64,000 bases of DNA. It comes from Chrysemys picta bellii (taxonomy: Eukaryota). The position numbers and the translations under genes were made by a program. Under the pieces are notes generated by a model. The model did no database searches. It had not been told where the DNA came from and saw nothing but the letters and a program-made list of their open reading frames with translations. The stretch lies in NCBI RefSeq assembly GCF_011386835.1, contig NC_088792.1, positions 111,600,001 to 111,664,000 of the forward strand, read 5' to 3'. This document shows positions 48,576-61,194 of this stretch, piece after piece. The first letter of the stretch is position 1. Each line of letters opens with the position of its first letter.

Positions 48576-51500
48576 CCATTTTACCACCTCTGCTGGCCTT
48601 GGGGCACCATTCACCCCAGTTCCTACTTCCCAGTCCAGTCCTGGGTGCTGATCCACCCCTTACAGGTCCCACTCCCCACCCCCATCCCTGCAAGTGTAAT
48701 GCATAGGTACAGAAACATATCAGGCCCCACAATATTTCCACTGCGGGGTGCTGTCTCCCCCTTCCCCCTCCCCAGCAAGTTCTGCCATCCCTTACCCTAT
48801 TGTTTGCAATTTTAAGCCAGAGAGTCCTTCCTTCTTTGTTTTCCCCCTGAGTCAGGAATGAAAGCAACATGACACTCTCGGGTGTAGTTTGGGTTCGTAT
48901 TGGCTGTGGTCTAGTCGGGTTCAGGTCGGGTTTTAAAATTGGGCCCAAGCAGACCTCTAACAGATAGTGCCTCCTCTCCCTTAAAAAATAATCCCTGCCA
49001 TCTAGTGGTAATAGCTGACGAAACTACCGAGTGTGATCACTGCAAGATGAATGTCTTTATTAAAACCTTGACTTTCCCAACCTCCATGAGCTCTTTCTTT
49101 TATTTAGGAACTAAAAGCAATTTTGCAAATCATTACCATATAAGCATCAGAAATGCACTATTAACATTTAGGGAGTTTGGGACCTCTGACTGTGTCTATT
49201 GCTCTTAATTTATCTTATTTAATTTTATTGGTATCGTGGTTCCTGAATATATGAGATCCCTTTCTGTGCTCTGTCTGTGGAGGATATGAGTCAGTTACAG
49301 CCTTTGGTCGTGAGTCTTGGCATATTAATTCAATGTGTAGCAAGCTCACTCTTTTAGCTCTGGAGGGTCCATGGTTCAATCCCTGCTGTGTCAGCCAAGA
49401 TCCAGCTCTCACATGCGCTCTCAAGGATTTTCTTTTAAGTGAAGATATCCCTTAATCCTACTAGCCAACGTTGCCTGGTATGTATCCTCAACTACACTGC
49501 ATTATTTCAAAGAAGATCATTTGGCTGGCTACTAAGACACCATACAAAAGCTGACTTCTTGTCTCCTGTTAACAGTTGGTGTTTATATATGAAGTATTTT
49601 ATATGATAGCAAACCAGTGGCCTGCTAGGACTTTAAATCTGTCAGCATGGCCCTCTTAGAAGTTAGTGGTAGCAGCGGGGATACAATTTGGATGCTTCTG
49701 CTCCAGAATTATAGGCACCTATCACTTCAGTTAAAAGAGACTCTTCTCAGCTGTTGGCATAGGAATTATGACACACCCATTCGTACACATTTCTGAGTCT
49801 GTCTAGTAGAGGGGTAGCAATACACGTCACAGTAGCGAGTTCATTACAATCCATGTGACCTGGGTGTTTTGTTAGATAGCTTTTGCTATCTTGTTTCTTA
49901 ATTATCTTCAGTATTCTTATGAAAGCACTGTAAAAAAATATGCACTTCATTCCTGGTTTACCACACAAAGGGAGATTACTGCAATTGATTATTCTTGACT
50001 TTCAAATCCTGCTGTCAGTGTAATGTTTGCACTGTCTCTGTTCATATATGAAGCTTATGGGATAAGCATCAAAACATGCTGTTAATTCACATGTGGAATT
50101 CACATTCCTTTTGACATATATAGGAGTTCTACCATGCCTTGAGGGCTATATATAGCCCTAAATGTTTATCTTGTAGATAAATTTCTGTGTATCTTGAAGA
50201 AAATAACATAGTACCACAAGGAAAAGAAAAGCGTGCCTTATACAGAGTTCTCTGCTTAGGGTGAATTACACCCTTACTTCATGCAGAAACCAACCCATGG
50301 TATTTTCTAATGTAGCATAACTCTTAAAGATACAAGTATTTCACTTACCTTCTGGATTATGGGTCTGTAAATGTTTCTGATTTTTCATGGTTCCTCGATG
50401 GAGCCAAGACTTGAGGAGAAGATCCATGAATTGCCAAGGCATGTAAAAATTAGTCCGAATAAACTAGCAGTTGGAATTGTGGGTGAATAGGTTACATGTG
50501 GGTGAATAGGTTACATGTGTTTAAATACACAAGTTCATCTTAATATGTGAAGAGAACTGTGAACATTAATTGGTCTTTTTTCTCCAGTTTGCTACACATG
50601 GCTGGTGCAACATGCTGACTCACATCTAATATGTATTGTTACTCCCCTCTAAGTGGACTCAGATCTGCTCATGTGTTTGATTATGTTGCCCTGTGGTAAC
50701 TGGTGGCTGCTGCTTATAAGCCTTAATACTACTAGAAGCTATTGGTGAGCCTCCTTTAGCTCACGTGGTGTGTTTTCGGAAGTGAAGTTACAGACTTCTT
50801 TCTCATGTGAACAACTGACAGACACATTGTCTATTCTTGAGCCATGAATTTTTTTTACACCACATCTGTGAAAAGAGAAAACAAAAGAACAAGAGTAAAT
50901 AGTTCAACTTTATTCTTCTCAGAGAACTACAAAAACTGCATGCACCAGTGGAGGCAACCACTATTGTAGTATCATAACAATACATGATTATTATTTACCC
51001 TAGGCTGCAGCAGTAATTGCTCTTGTGTAAGGAAGGGCCCACAGATGACATTGTTTAAAATGTTGATATTTATGTACAAAGTTGCCAGCACTACAAGAAA
51101 TGGTGCCTCTCTTAATTAGGATGATGCTGCATTGCCTCATTTGGAGGGACTCTGGGATGCCAGTGACTTATATGAATGGAGGGAAATTAGTTATAACAAA
51201 TGCCAGATGGAGGTATATTTCACAGAGAAATAGTTTTGTGCTATATAGTATGTGAAGTCAACAAACAAGGTCTTAAAAAAATCCCTATTATTCTTTAAGC
51301 TTTCCTGACAGACTCTTTATCAAGCCAAGAAATGTCATGTGCTTATACATGCCAGTACATTTTTAAGATAGAATAATTAAAGATTGCAGTTTATGGTTTT
51401 AAATGAAATCCCTTCCTCCAGTGTTTTTGTCAGAAATCCATAAACTCTACAAGGAAGAGGAATGATTGTAACAGCTGTAATAGTTGGGTCAGTTCTACAC

Positions 51501-52334
51501 GTTCTGCCTTCAAAGCCAAAGGCAGTTTGGGATGACCAAAATGCTTTATGAGGCTTATAAACAGCTGCTGAAGTTTTATTTTCTGACTGGATGAGACTGT
51601 TGGGACTAGAAGGTGTTTATTCACATTAACCCTCAAGTCTTCTCAAATTAAGTTTCTTAGAGTTAAGTGGAAAATGGAAAGTCTCTGAGCAAAAATGTAA
51701 GAAATCCTCAAATGCCTATTTTTTCTGTGTCCTTCCCAGAAAGAGGAAAAGAAAATGTGACTGTTGGATTTTGTACAGTATTTAGTGCAGTACAGAAATA
51801 TGCAAAGGGAAGTGTGTGTGTGTATGTGGGGGAAATTTATTTGTCAGTTGCACACACTTGGCTGATGGAGCATCATCTTGCCATACAGGAACATCCACAG
51901 TCTGCAGTCAATTTATCCTTGATCCCGTGAGCCTCTGAGTGCCTCTTTAAAGCTATTGAGCATCCTTCATACCCATTCTTTGCAGGACTAGGCTCCTATG
52001 CTCCATGTGATAGCTTGTGGGAGAGGCTAAGAGCATCCTGGAAGGTCACCAAAATAAGTTGGTTTCTCTTGTTAATTGCCCTCACAATACGTTCATTCAA
52101 TACACATAAAATTAATGACTTTTTCCACTTTTCATTATTTTTTCTATGACTATGCATTTTTTATATATAAGAGAGCGAGAGATTGAGATATATATTAAGT
52201 GAGAAAAACATTGTTTTGAATTATGCTCAGAACAAACTGTCCAGCTATTTCTGGTATTATGTATCCTCACATACATTGCAATTGCAGAAAGGTATTCCCA
52301 TTACAAAAATGAGAACACAGGAAAGGAACGTCTG

Positions 52335-52724
52335 GGGGATTCAATGGCTCAAGGACTGATAATGGGGATGTGGATACTTTTACTTCTAAGTCACTAGTTC
52401 AAATGTAGATAAATTAGTAGCGATCTAAACTTACTACCACTTGATAGTAGTCTGTATAAAATGAGGGATCTGAGTGATATGTCCTCAATCTACTTCCCAT
52501 TAGATTTTCCAAATCATAAAGCTGGCACTAGTTAGCATGATCGTTGGCCATCACAAAACAGTGGTCAAAGACTGCATAGGTATGAGGTCTGAAGTCCCCT
52601 CTTGTTCCTTAAAAGTGATCCTTCCAGGACAGGATTGAAGCTCATTATTGGGGCAGTGTGGGGAAGCTTGCAGTGCAGCTGCTGTGAATTCTTCATTGCT
52701 GTCAGTACCTTTCACAGGCTCTAA
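52335..52724 (+). mobile_element. LF-SINE-like ancient SINE, near full length, ending about 310 bp upstream of the FHOD3 exon
   Basis: Colinear with the recalled LF-SINE consensus: gggga..atggctca.gga...taatggg, gtcactagttcaaat, ggcacta, gttggc, ccttccagg.cagg.ttga.gc, ggggcagtgtggggaagc.tgca.tgc, gctgtca...acctttcac. Confidence 0.65.
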
Positions 52725-53034
52725 ATTTAACTTAAAAAGGAAAGAAAGCTAAATAGACATAATTACACTTGAAAAATCCTCATAGTCTCATTTTGTACTG
52801 ACCTTTCCTAAAGTTCCTCTGGCAAATTTCACTCAGGCCATGAATAATTAACTTGTTTTATTTGTGCTGCTTGATGGACAGGTGTTATCTATGAAAAAAA
52901 GGTTAGCTAGTCTGAGAGGAATATACTGCTTAGTAAATGGACACTGTGACCGTTCCTCACCAGCTCCCCTCTAACTCCATCCCATTTTGGCAGTCTTGTT
53001 AATGGTGGGTTTTTTTTGGTGTTCCTTATTTCAG

Positions 53035-53102
53035 AAAAACTCTACAACTCCAGTGGACGGGAGCTGAGACGGGCCCTTTTCTCTTTGAAACAAATATTTC
53101 AG
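53035..53102 (+). CDS. FHOD3: Internal coding exon of formin FHOD3 (N-terminal regulatory region; exon 4 by human numbering)
   Basis: Pyrimidine-rich acceptor ...gttccttatttcAG at 53034 and donor CAG|GTAAGT at 53103. 68 nt = 2 + 22 codons: (G)AA AAA CTC TAC AAC TCC AGT GGA CGG GAG CTG AGA CGG GCC CTT TTC TCT TTG AAA CAA ATA TTT CAG = (E)[22 protein letters not shown]. Recalled human FHOD3 is [23 protein letters not shown]; recalled FHOD1 is [23 protein letters not shown]. The closer match and the very large introns favour FHOD3. Flanking exons were not found in the window. Confidence 0.9.
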
Positions 53103-56100
53103 GTAAGTGAATACCTTACCGATGAATCTCCATGCTATTCAACACTAAATTGTTTTTCCTTCTTTGCATAAGGGAATAATTGAAAAGTAACCCACATTGA
53201 TGCTATGACCTGGTGGTTAGGGCACAGATGTGGGAGACTCAAGTTCACGTCCCTGCTTCAATGAATATTTAATTATTTATACAAAATGGGACAGCTCTAA
53301 TAGAAAAGGTTTAGAGAGACCTATCCCAAAAAAGCCAATAGTCTCATAATTAGAGCACTCACCTGGGAGGGGAGACCTGCATTTCAAATCCCTGGTCTGA
53401 GCAGGCACTTGTACGTGGGTTTTCCACATCTGAAGGGAGAGCCCCAACTGTTGGACTATTGGCTATTCTGTGGTGAATGGGTTGCTCTTTTCTTCTGGGT
53501 TTGACCGTACATTTCATCCTGGACCTGCAAAACCTTTCCCAGCTAAAATTTTGTTGACCCTGGATTCCACAAAAAGGTTTTGTTTTGATGAATTGCAAAA
53601 CTGTTTAGCTGGAAAATTCCTAGCCAGCTCTAATCATAATACATATGCCCAGGCAACCTTATTTCTGGCATTTCCTAACTGTTGAGTGCTTTAATTTTCA
53701 AGCCTACTAATTTTCTTTTAAGTCAGTTTTTTTGGGTGTAATTAAGCATAGAAAGAGAAGATAAGGTTTTTAGTTTTGTTTTTGTTTTTTTTTAAGGACA
53801 CATAAGATATAAATTAAGCTAGATCATTGGAGGTCCACTAAGGATGGAGTTAGCTTGTTGACTAAGCCGGTCTTATGGTATGAAATAATCAGTTTCCATA
53901 GAGAACTGGATTTTCCTTCTTGCTTATATATCTGTTCTAAAGAGGAAGTTGGGAACTGCCAATATCCATGCACCTGCTGCCAATTGATTTATGGACTCTC
54001 AGTGAATGATGATGATTTTGGGAGAATCTTCATCTCCTGCATTTCAGGATGGAAATTATAATAAAACCATTGCATGTCACTGGGAGATGTGAGTGAAGAA
54101 GTACAGTTTATAGTGGAGAGGATCCATATCACATATGAATACTTGAAGTTGTGTGCTACCAAAATGGAAAATGAGGGAGAAAACACCATGAGGGAAATGA
54201 TTGGGGTTTTACCAATTAATTGTTGTGAAGATTAACTACAGTACTTCTGTATTACCTGTGTCATTATTTCCATTCGTTACAAGTATTGTGAAGATACTGT
54301 CCACGGGTGCCTTTAGAATATTTTGAAAAGAACCGTCAAGGAGAAAATACAAGACTTTTGTAGACAGCAAAATTATGTTCTTTGACTTTTCTTGAAAGAT
54401 GAGACATGTCTGCATTGAAATGTTAATTTATAAGCATTGAAGAAAAGTGTGTGAGTTAAGGTAATTGTGTACAAAAATATATGTCCAAATGGTGCTAGGA
54501 GACTTGAATTTCTAGAATCAGTGCCAGGAAAGTATTGTAGTATTAGAAGTCTTTTGATCTACAATTGTGCTAAGATTAAGAAGAAGTTATAGTCTTCAGC
54601 ATAAATCAGCTATCTGATGGTGTTCTATCATGTTGGTTTTAGTAATAAAGCACATTCAGGGCTACATTTATTTTTTCTTTGAATGATTAGAATTTACTTC
54701 AAAAGTTGTGTCTTCAGGCTAATCCCATTCTTTATAGTTTCATGTAGTGCTCATTTTGTAATCATTTTCAAAAAGCTGTGGAGATTTCATCATCTCTGAG
54801 AAAAGTGCCAGAACATCTCATAACACCATCTTTTTGTAATCATGTCATCAGAGATCACTTAATTTGGCAAAAGAGTTTGTGCCCATTTTTTTCCATTAAA
54901 AGAGTTTGAAGGTAGCATGCATCTCTTATTTGCATTAAGGGGATGAGCCCAGGTTTTATAAGTCATTCAAGCAGCACATAAATATGAAATCAAAATAACC
55001 AATGCTTTTGTTTGTCACACAAGGCCTCAGCAAAGTGAAGGAAGGCTTGGCAAATACTAAGCCATTGTTTCGAATCATAAACAAAACAAAACAAAAAGAT
55101 TCATGTGACATGTACAGAGCAGGAATCTCTGTTTAGTTTCTGATGATGGCTGAATTCATTAAAAGGGTAAAGGGGGAATACCATTGCTATTTCTTAATTA
55201 TCTATTTTAAAATGTTAATATTTCCAATCAGCATTTTCTGTGGGGTAAATTGTGATACTGTCATTTTGATTTACTATATATTGTGATTGTATCTACATAG
55301 ACAATCAGGTCAAGCATGTTCGTCTAAGTGTCTTAACCATTCAGTAACTGCAGGAAGGGTATAATGACAAGTCCATGAGGGAACCAAGCACCCCTTGCCC
55401 ATGGTCACAGCAAGCAGGTATGTGGCCTACATCTTCTACATCTGGCCACGGTGGCAAACAGGGGAGCCATGAAGACCCCACTTGTCATAGACACAGAGTT
55501 GGGGGGCTCCTAGGCCATGGCCTGACCACTTCTTGGCTGGGCCATACTTGAATGTCACTGCAACTCTGTGCCCCAGGTTGCAGCATTACTCACTGAAATT
55601 TGGAGGAGCAAACATAGGACCTCATGTGCCAATGGGGTAAGAAGGCTGCTGTGTGGGGGGCCTGAGAGGGGAAGAGGAGGTCAGGTGTATGTAGAGAGAA
55701 ATCCAAATGTATGTCCCCCCCACTTTAAATAGTGCTCCACAACCTTTGGTTAGAGTCATTAGCAGCACATCTGATCATTCCACATCTGAAGTGATTGAGC
55801 TTTACCCAGAGATTGCGAGGAAAGTTAAAACGAGAAGGGTGGACTGTTGGTTCTGCATTGGCTATGTTTGAAGCTTATTCTTGCCACCTGGTAAGTCACC
55901 TTGAGATGATATTGAGGTTCCTTAGGGGAATTGTCCAAATGGGGCAACTTGAGCTGAGACAGTGGCTCAGTGTATTAAACACATCTTTAAACAGGATAGA
56001 TGTGGCATGTCTTCCACCTTAAGGAGCAGATTCTGCAAGGCAACTTGTTGCCTGAGATCAGGAGAGGCAATGGACAGGACTGGTAACCAGGCCAGGTTGG

Positions 56101-56239
56101 TTGTTCTCATATTATCTGTTGTTATATGCATAGTTTCGGTCAGCTGAGTGTCTACTAGTCCTGTGTGAAAAGAGCTGACCCATCCTGGGAAGCAATACTT
56201 GTCTACAGAATAACACAAGGCAAACCCAGAGTTTCATAA

Positions 56240-56497
56240 GCCTTGCCTATGCTTAAAAAGTAGATTGACCTAATTACATTCCTCAGGGTTGTGAAAAATT
56301 TCACACCCTGAGCACTATAGTTAGGCTGATTTAGCCCCTGGTGTAAACATGACTAGGTCAACAGAAGAATTATTCCGTCGACCTAGCTACTACCTTTCAG
56401 AGTGATGGGTTAACTACATAGAAAAAGCTTCTACCCTACAGCAGCACAGCTGTAGCACCTTAGCTGTCACTGTAATGGCTGTAGTGTAGACATGCCT
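56240..56497. mobile_element. PIF/Harbinger-like MITE (gtctacact family), degraded
   Basis: Right end gtagtgtagacatgcc. Interior (gaaaaatttcacaccctgagc, gctactacct, cagcacagctg) is shared with 58712-58983. Confidence 0.55.
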
Positions 56498-57530
56498 TTA
56501 GTTTCTGTGTATTGTCTTCCTAGGTACAAACAGCTAAATTGCTGATTCTTGTCTTTATTTGCAGCGAGGTCTTGATAAGGTGTGCCTTTCAAGTGATTCT
56601 GATTTACTGTCTCCTTACTCCACAAATACTCCTGTAGATTTCAATAGGAATACTTTTGCAGTAAGGAAGGTAGTATTCAGCATGAGGGAGGGTATCAGAA
56701 TCTTGCCCTAAATTAACAGAAAATAAGCATGGCACATAATAAGACAATGAACAGGAGTTCCACTTTTTAAATCATAATTTGAAATAGAGGAAAAATAGGT
56801 GCATTAAAAAAAAAACTTAATATTTTATCAGTTTTAGAGGCAAAATAAATGAATAATGTATATTAGTATTTCTATTTTACACAGTATTAAAGGATTTTAT
56901 TTAATAGAGCCTCTAGTACTACAGCACATAATAAAATGGAAAAAGTTATGCTCAGAGGAATAATAACCATGCTTGAGAAGGTACATACTAAAAATGGTGA
57001 TCAGACCATAGTTTACAATTATGCTAATTGTAGTCTTTCAATATATCAATGAGTCATACAAAAAATACATTCCTACAAGAGAGAGAAGAAGAAAACAACA
57101 ACAGAAGCATCCTCCATTTGTGAAATTGAAATATCACTCTCTAAAGAGAACTTTAAGAGATGCTGATCAACTAGTGCATTAGGTTTTGTGGAAAGCAAGC
57201 ATTGATAGAGTATAGTGGTGGAATATTATGTCAGTTTTTGTTTTAGCAAAAATAATCTTTTGCATAAAGAACTTTTTCCATTAAAATGCCATTGTTCAAA
57301 TATGGGAGGTGTTGATTAATCTATACTTGTATTTGATGAATGTTGGGCAATATATAATACATAGTCAGATATAAAATCTGTGCATATATTTTCGCCTTTT
57401 GTCACAAATTCATTAATCATATAACAATGGAGCTTTGTTTAAAATGTTAAAAGGAGTAGATATTTCAGACTCCTGAAAACATTAACTAGAAGGTGTTCAG
57501 AAGCACACAGTTTTATCAGTAAGTGAAATC

Positions 57531-57689
57531 AAATGTCACACACTTCAGCCTCTAAGGAGTCATCAATCACTCTTAGAAGAGTAGAAGGAGTATACTCTGT
57601 TTGCCTCATTGATCTGAGGAAGGAGAGTACTCCTTCTGCTCTTCTAAGAATGATTGATGACTCCTTAGGGAGTGAAGTGTGTGACATTT
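57531..57689. repeat. Near-perfect 159-bp palindrome / hairpin
   Basis: Left arm 57531-57598 and right arm 57624-57689 are reverse complements with three mismatches, two G-T pairs and one 2-nt bulge. The 25-nt loop contains a small cctca/tgagg stem. Confidence 0.92.
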
Positions 57690-58711
57690 AATTTAGGAGC
57701 CTCTGTCCTGGCATGCAAAGCCCTGTGGATTTGTCCGAGGAGAACAGTCTTCTAAACTCAGATTGCCAGATCTCCCTTCTAAGAGCTAAAACTCTTGCAA
57801 GGACTCCTGATTAGCCATGGGGACCTTTCTTCCCATCCTGACTTCCCAATCTCATAGGCCAGAGTTTGATTCATCTTCACCCAACTTTGAAAAAGACAGG
57901 TCTCAAAAATCACCCATGAAATACAGGTTGTATCACCCTAAGTGTTAGCAAAGTTCCTTTCACAAAACCACATCCAAAGCCAAAGCCTTACGCAGGCCTA
58001 GGCAATGTTATTGTCTATGGATTAAAAAACATCCATAAGATAATACACTGAGATTTTAAACCGTTGAGCTCTTTCTTGTAAGCAGGTACAAAAACATCAG
58101 GGGTAGGACAACAGTCCTAGAAACCACAACTTTTTGTGTCTGAGATATTCATGTCTATTTGAATTGAAATACTGTAGCACAGGATAACTAATTTTGTATG
58201 TTTCCTACCTCGTTTATCTTGCATTACTTTGAAATTTAATGTGAAATTGTTGTTTGATCGACTGCACAAGCCCATGAATGGGCACTCCTTATTAATCAGC
58301 TGCATTGTAGGTTTATTCCGCATGCTTCTTGAGTGAAATATTTGCTAGCAGCTGTCATCGCCAAAATGAAGTGGAAAGAGTCACGATATAAAGCCACTCT
58401 TCCATTTTCATTCAAGACTTGAGGGATGAAATCCTGGTACCACTGAAGTCAATGGCAAAACACCCATTTTCTTCAGTGGGGGTGAAAATTTTACCTGAGG
58501 AATGAAGAGTTGGTCTTCAGTGTACATGGATGTAGTGAGAAATAGGGACAGTTTAACAGCACCTTTTGGTTCACTTCACTTCACAGTGGTGTAGCTGTAA
58601 CACTTGTCTGTTTCAGACAAAAGGTGTATGAGAAACCACCCAGGAGCTTTTGGTCTGAATGCTGTTTTGGGTAGGTATGTGTGAGTATGTGAGAGAATAC
58701 ATAGAGACTGA

Positions 58712-58983
58712 GGCCAGGTCTACACTATAAACATACGTTGATATAAACTACATCACTCAAAGGTATGAAAAATCCACACACCCCTGAGCGATGCTATTAT
58801 ACCTACCTAAGCCATAGTGTACACAGTGCTATGTTGACGGGAGGGGTTCTCCCATAGCTACTGCCTCTCACAGGGGTGGATTAATTATGCTAACAAGAGA
58901 AGCTCTCCCGTCGGCATAGTAGTGTCTTCACGGAAGCATTATAGAGGCACAGCTGCGCTCCTGTTTTAAGTGTAGGCCTGTCC
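58712..58983. mobile_element. PIF/Harbinger-like MITE
   Basis: TIRs ggccaggtctacact / agtgtaggcctgtcc, 13/15 match. 3-bp TSD tga at 58709-58711 and 58984-58986. Confidence 0.75.
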
Positions 58984-59039
58984 TGAGGTCACAGACAAGA
59001 ACAGAGGGGAAAAGGAAAAAAGGCAAGAAAAAAGCCAAG

Positions 59040-59317
59040 CAGGAGCCTGTAAGCACACTGTGACCCTGAAACAAGCTCGAGAGACTGCCTTTGGTTCTGG
59101 TGTTGGCTAAAGGAACTTAGGGGGCTGGTAAATTAAGAAATTGCTTCTTTTTGTTCTTGGCTCCAATGTATTCGGAGACACGGGACTTCGTACATTCCTT
59201 GTAAATAAACAGGATTGCATCAAAGAAATTCCTGGCTACAATCAGTTTCTTCTCTCAACCGGAAAACCCACAGAGCCCCAAACTTTGATTAGCTGTTTGG
59301 GTCAAAAAGGGGCAACA
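59040..59317 (+). mobile_element. Probable 3' part of an LTR
   Basis: AATAAA at 59204-59209, and a segment ending ...ggggcaaca that resembles ERV LTR R-U5 ends from memory. Left end not found. Confidence 0.35.
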
Positions 59318-59610
59318 GTATTTATCTGTGATGGAAATATGGTATTTTTCCCCCTTTCCCTTTAACTGCAAATGCCAGAAGTAAGGTATGGAGGAAAAAA
59401 ATTCCCAAACATTCCTGTTTTCTTGAAATGCTTTGGACAACTGAAAGTTGCCGAGGCAATAAAATATCTAAAGTAATAAAATCATCTATAATTTTTCCAC
59501 TTCCACCAAATGTAATTGAACCAGTACTGGAGCTTCTTCTGTGAAGATAGGCCTTCTTTCATTGAGCCATTTTAAATCGTACCTTATGGTTGATTTTCCA
59601 TATTTTGGGC

Positions 59611-59850
59611 TATGTAAACTGGCCATGAAGAAATTTAGGCTGGAAATTAGAAGACAGTTTCTAACCATCATAGGAATGAGGTTCTGGAACAGATTTCCAT
59701 TAGGAGTAGTGGGAGCAAACAACCTAACTAGTTTTAAAGTGGAGATTGATAGGTTTATGAACAGAACTATGAGACTGGGTGGCCTGCAACAGTAGGGGAT
59801 TGGACTCGATGACCCAGGAGCTCCTTTCCAGTCCTCTGTCCCCATGTTCT
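59611..59850 (+). mobile_element. CR1 3' fragment
   Basis: KLAMKKFRLEIRRQFLTIIGMRFWNRFPLGVVGANNLTSFKVEIDRFM, homologous to the 18257-19065 copy, followed by a CR1-like 3' UTR. Confidence 0.75.
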
Positions 59851-61194
59851 TCTGAAAGAAGGGCTGGATGAGCTTAGTGCTTCACATAGCATATTAGGTA
59901 GAGACAGAAAAGATCAACCAGATAACTGAGTCCATCCTTCTGCAATGTCAAGATATTCCCTTCTTTTATGTCTCTCTTAAACCTAGATTGCTAAACCGCT
60001 GTTATTGCAAATATTTGCAGCTGTATAAGGCATATTACTGAACATTGAATTGCTGTCACCTCTCCATTGCTGCATAACTAGCAGATAATTATTGTTTTTT
60101 GTAAAGTATTTACGTCTAAGTCCCCACTCCAAGTGAAGGATTGTTCTCTACAGAATACTTTCTATTTTCTCTAGTTTTGTTTAAATGTCTCAAGCAATGG
60201 CATACATAAGAATTCATACACAACATCAAATTAGGAGGAAGTCTGATATGCAATACCTGTAGTAGCATCACACTAAGGATTTGTCTAGAATAGGTGAAGT
60301 AGTTGAGGTTAGGTTGGGGTTAGCTAACACATTTTAGCTACCTTTGACCTAAGGTTGACCCTATTCCTAGTGCAGGCTCAGGTTAATACTTGTACCTCAA
60401 TCTACCTGGTTGAAGCTCATTCCAGCACATTTCTTGACCAGATAAATTGAGGTACAAGATGTTAACATGTCTGTACTAAGGAAAAGGTCAAGATAACCCT
60501 AACATAGTCTAAACTACTTTTCCTAGTCTAGTCAACCCTTGAGAGTTCACTTACTAGATTATTAAATTTAAAATCCCTGTAAACATTTAGTGTGCTCTTT
60601 TTCTAAAGGTTTGATCCAACTGCAATGAAGTCAATGGGAATTGTGTCATTGACTTCAATAGGACTTGCATTCGGGCCTAAATTTCCAGCTGTGGCACCAT
60701 CCTCAGCAAACAAGAGCACTGGGTTTTTGAAAAAATAAAGAAGAGAAGATTATCATTTGTGGGAATCATGCTTGTTTAGCAAATTCATATATATTTAAAA
60801 TCTTAACAATTTTGCATGTCTTACAGAAGGCATATATATTCTCCTTAAATAGGGGAGGACAATTTCTTTTACTTGGCAGAGCTGTTATTTTACTCTAAAT
60901 TAAACCTGAAGATATACCGGTTATGTTGTATAGGATGTGTATAGGATGACTGACCTTGCTTCTTTTCTTCCTCTGTCTGCTGTCCTCTAAGCAATCACTG
61001 CAATATTAATGAGGAAAGGTATGAGTCTTGTCTACAATTTACCATCCTATAGACTTTTCTCTGTGATATTGGGTGGATATAGGGACACATACATGAGTGA
61101 TGTTTGGTGATTTTAGCAGTTTGAATGTCTGGCAGATCCTTGTGCCTCCTTTCCAGAGACCACTCAGAGAATACTTTCATGGAGGAATGTCTTT

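Noticed and set aside
45356-48948. Many 60-206 aa ORFs in GC-rich blocks
   Set aside because: They coincide with the hAT element (45388-46971) and the inverted repeat. High GC suppresses stop codons, and there are no protein motifs or splice structure.
50478-50515. Perfect 19-bp tandem duplication (tgtgggtgaataggttaca x2)
   Set aside because: Real, but most simply a local slippage or repair duplication with no sign of function.
53035-53102. Assignment of the exon to FHOD1
   Set aside because: The residues YNSSGR and RRALF match recalled FHOD3 rather than FHOD1 (YSSSGP, RRSLF), and FHOD1 is typically a compact gene. This is not fully excluded without synteny.
53205-53470. tRNA-like A/B-box motifs just downstream of the exon
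   Set aside because: No cloverleaf or anticodon arm could be built. They are more likely decayed tRNA-derived SINE heads, too degenerate to delimit.
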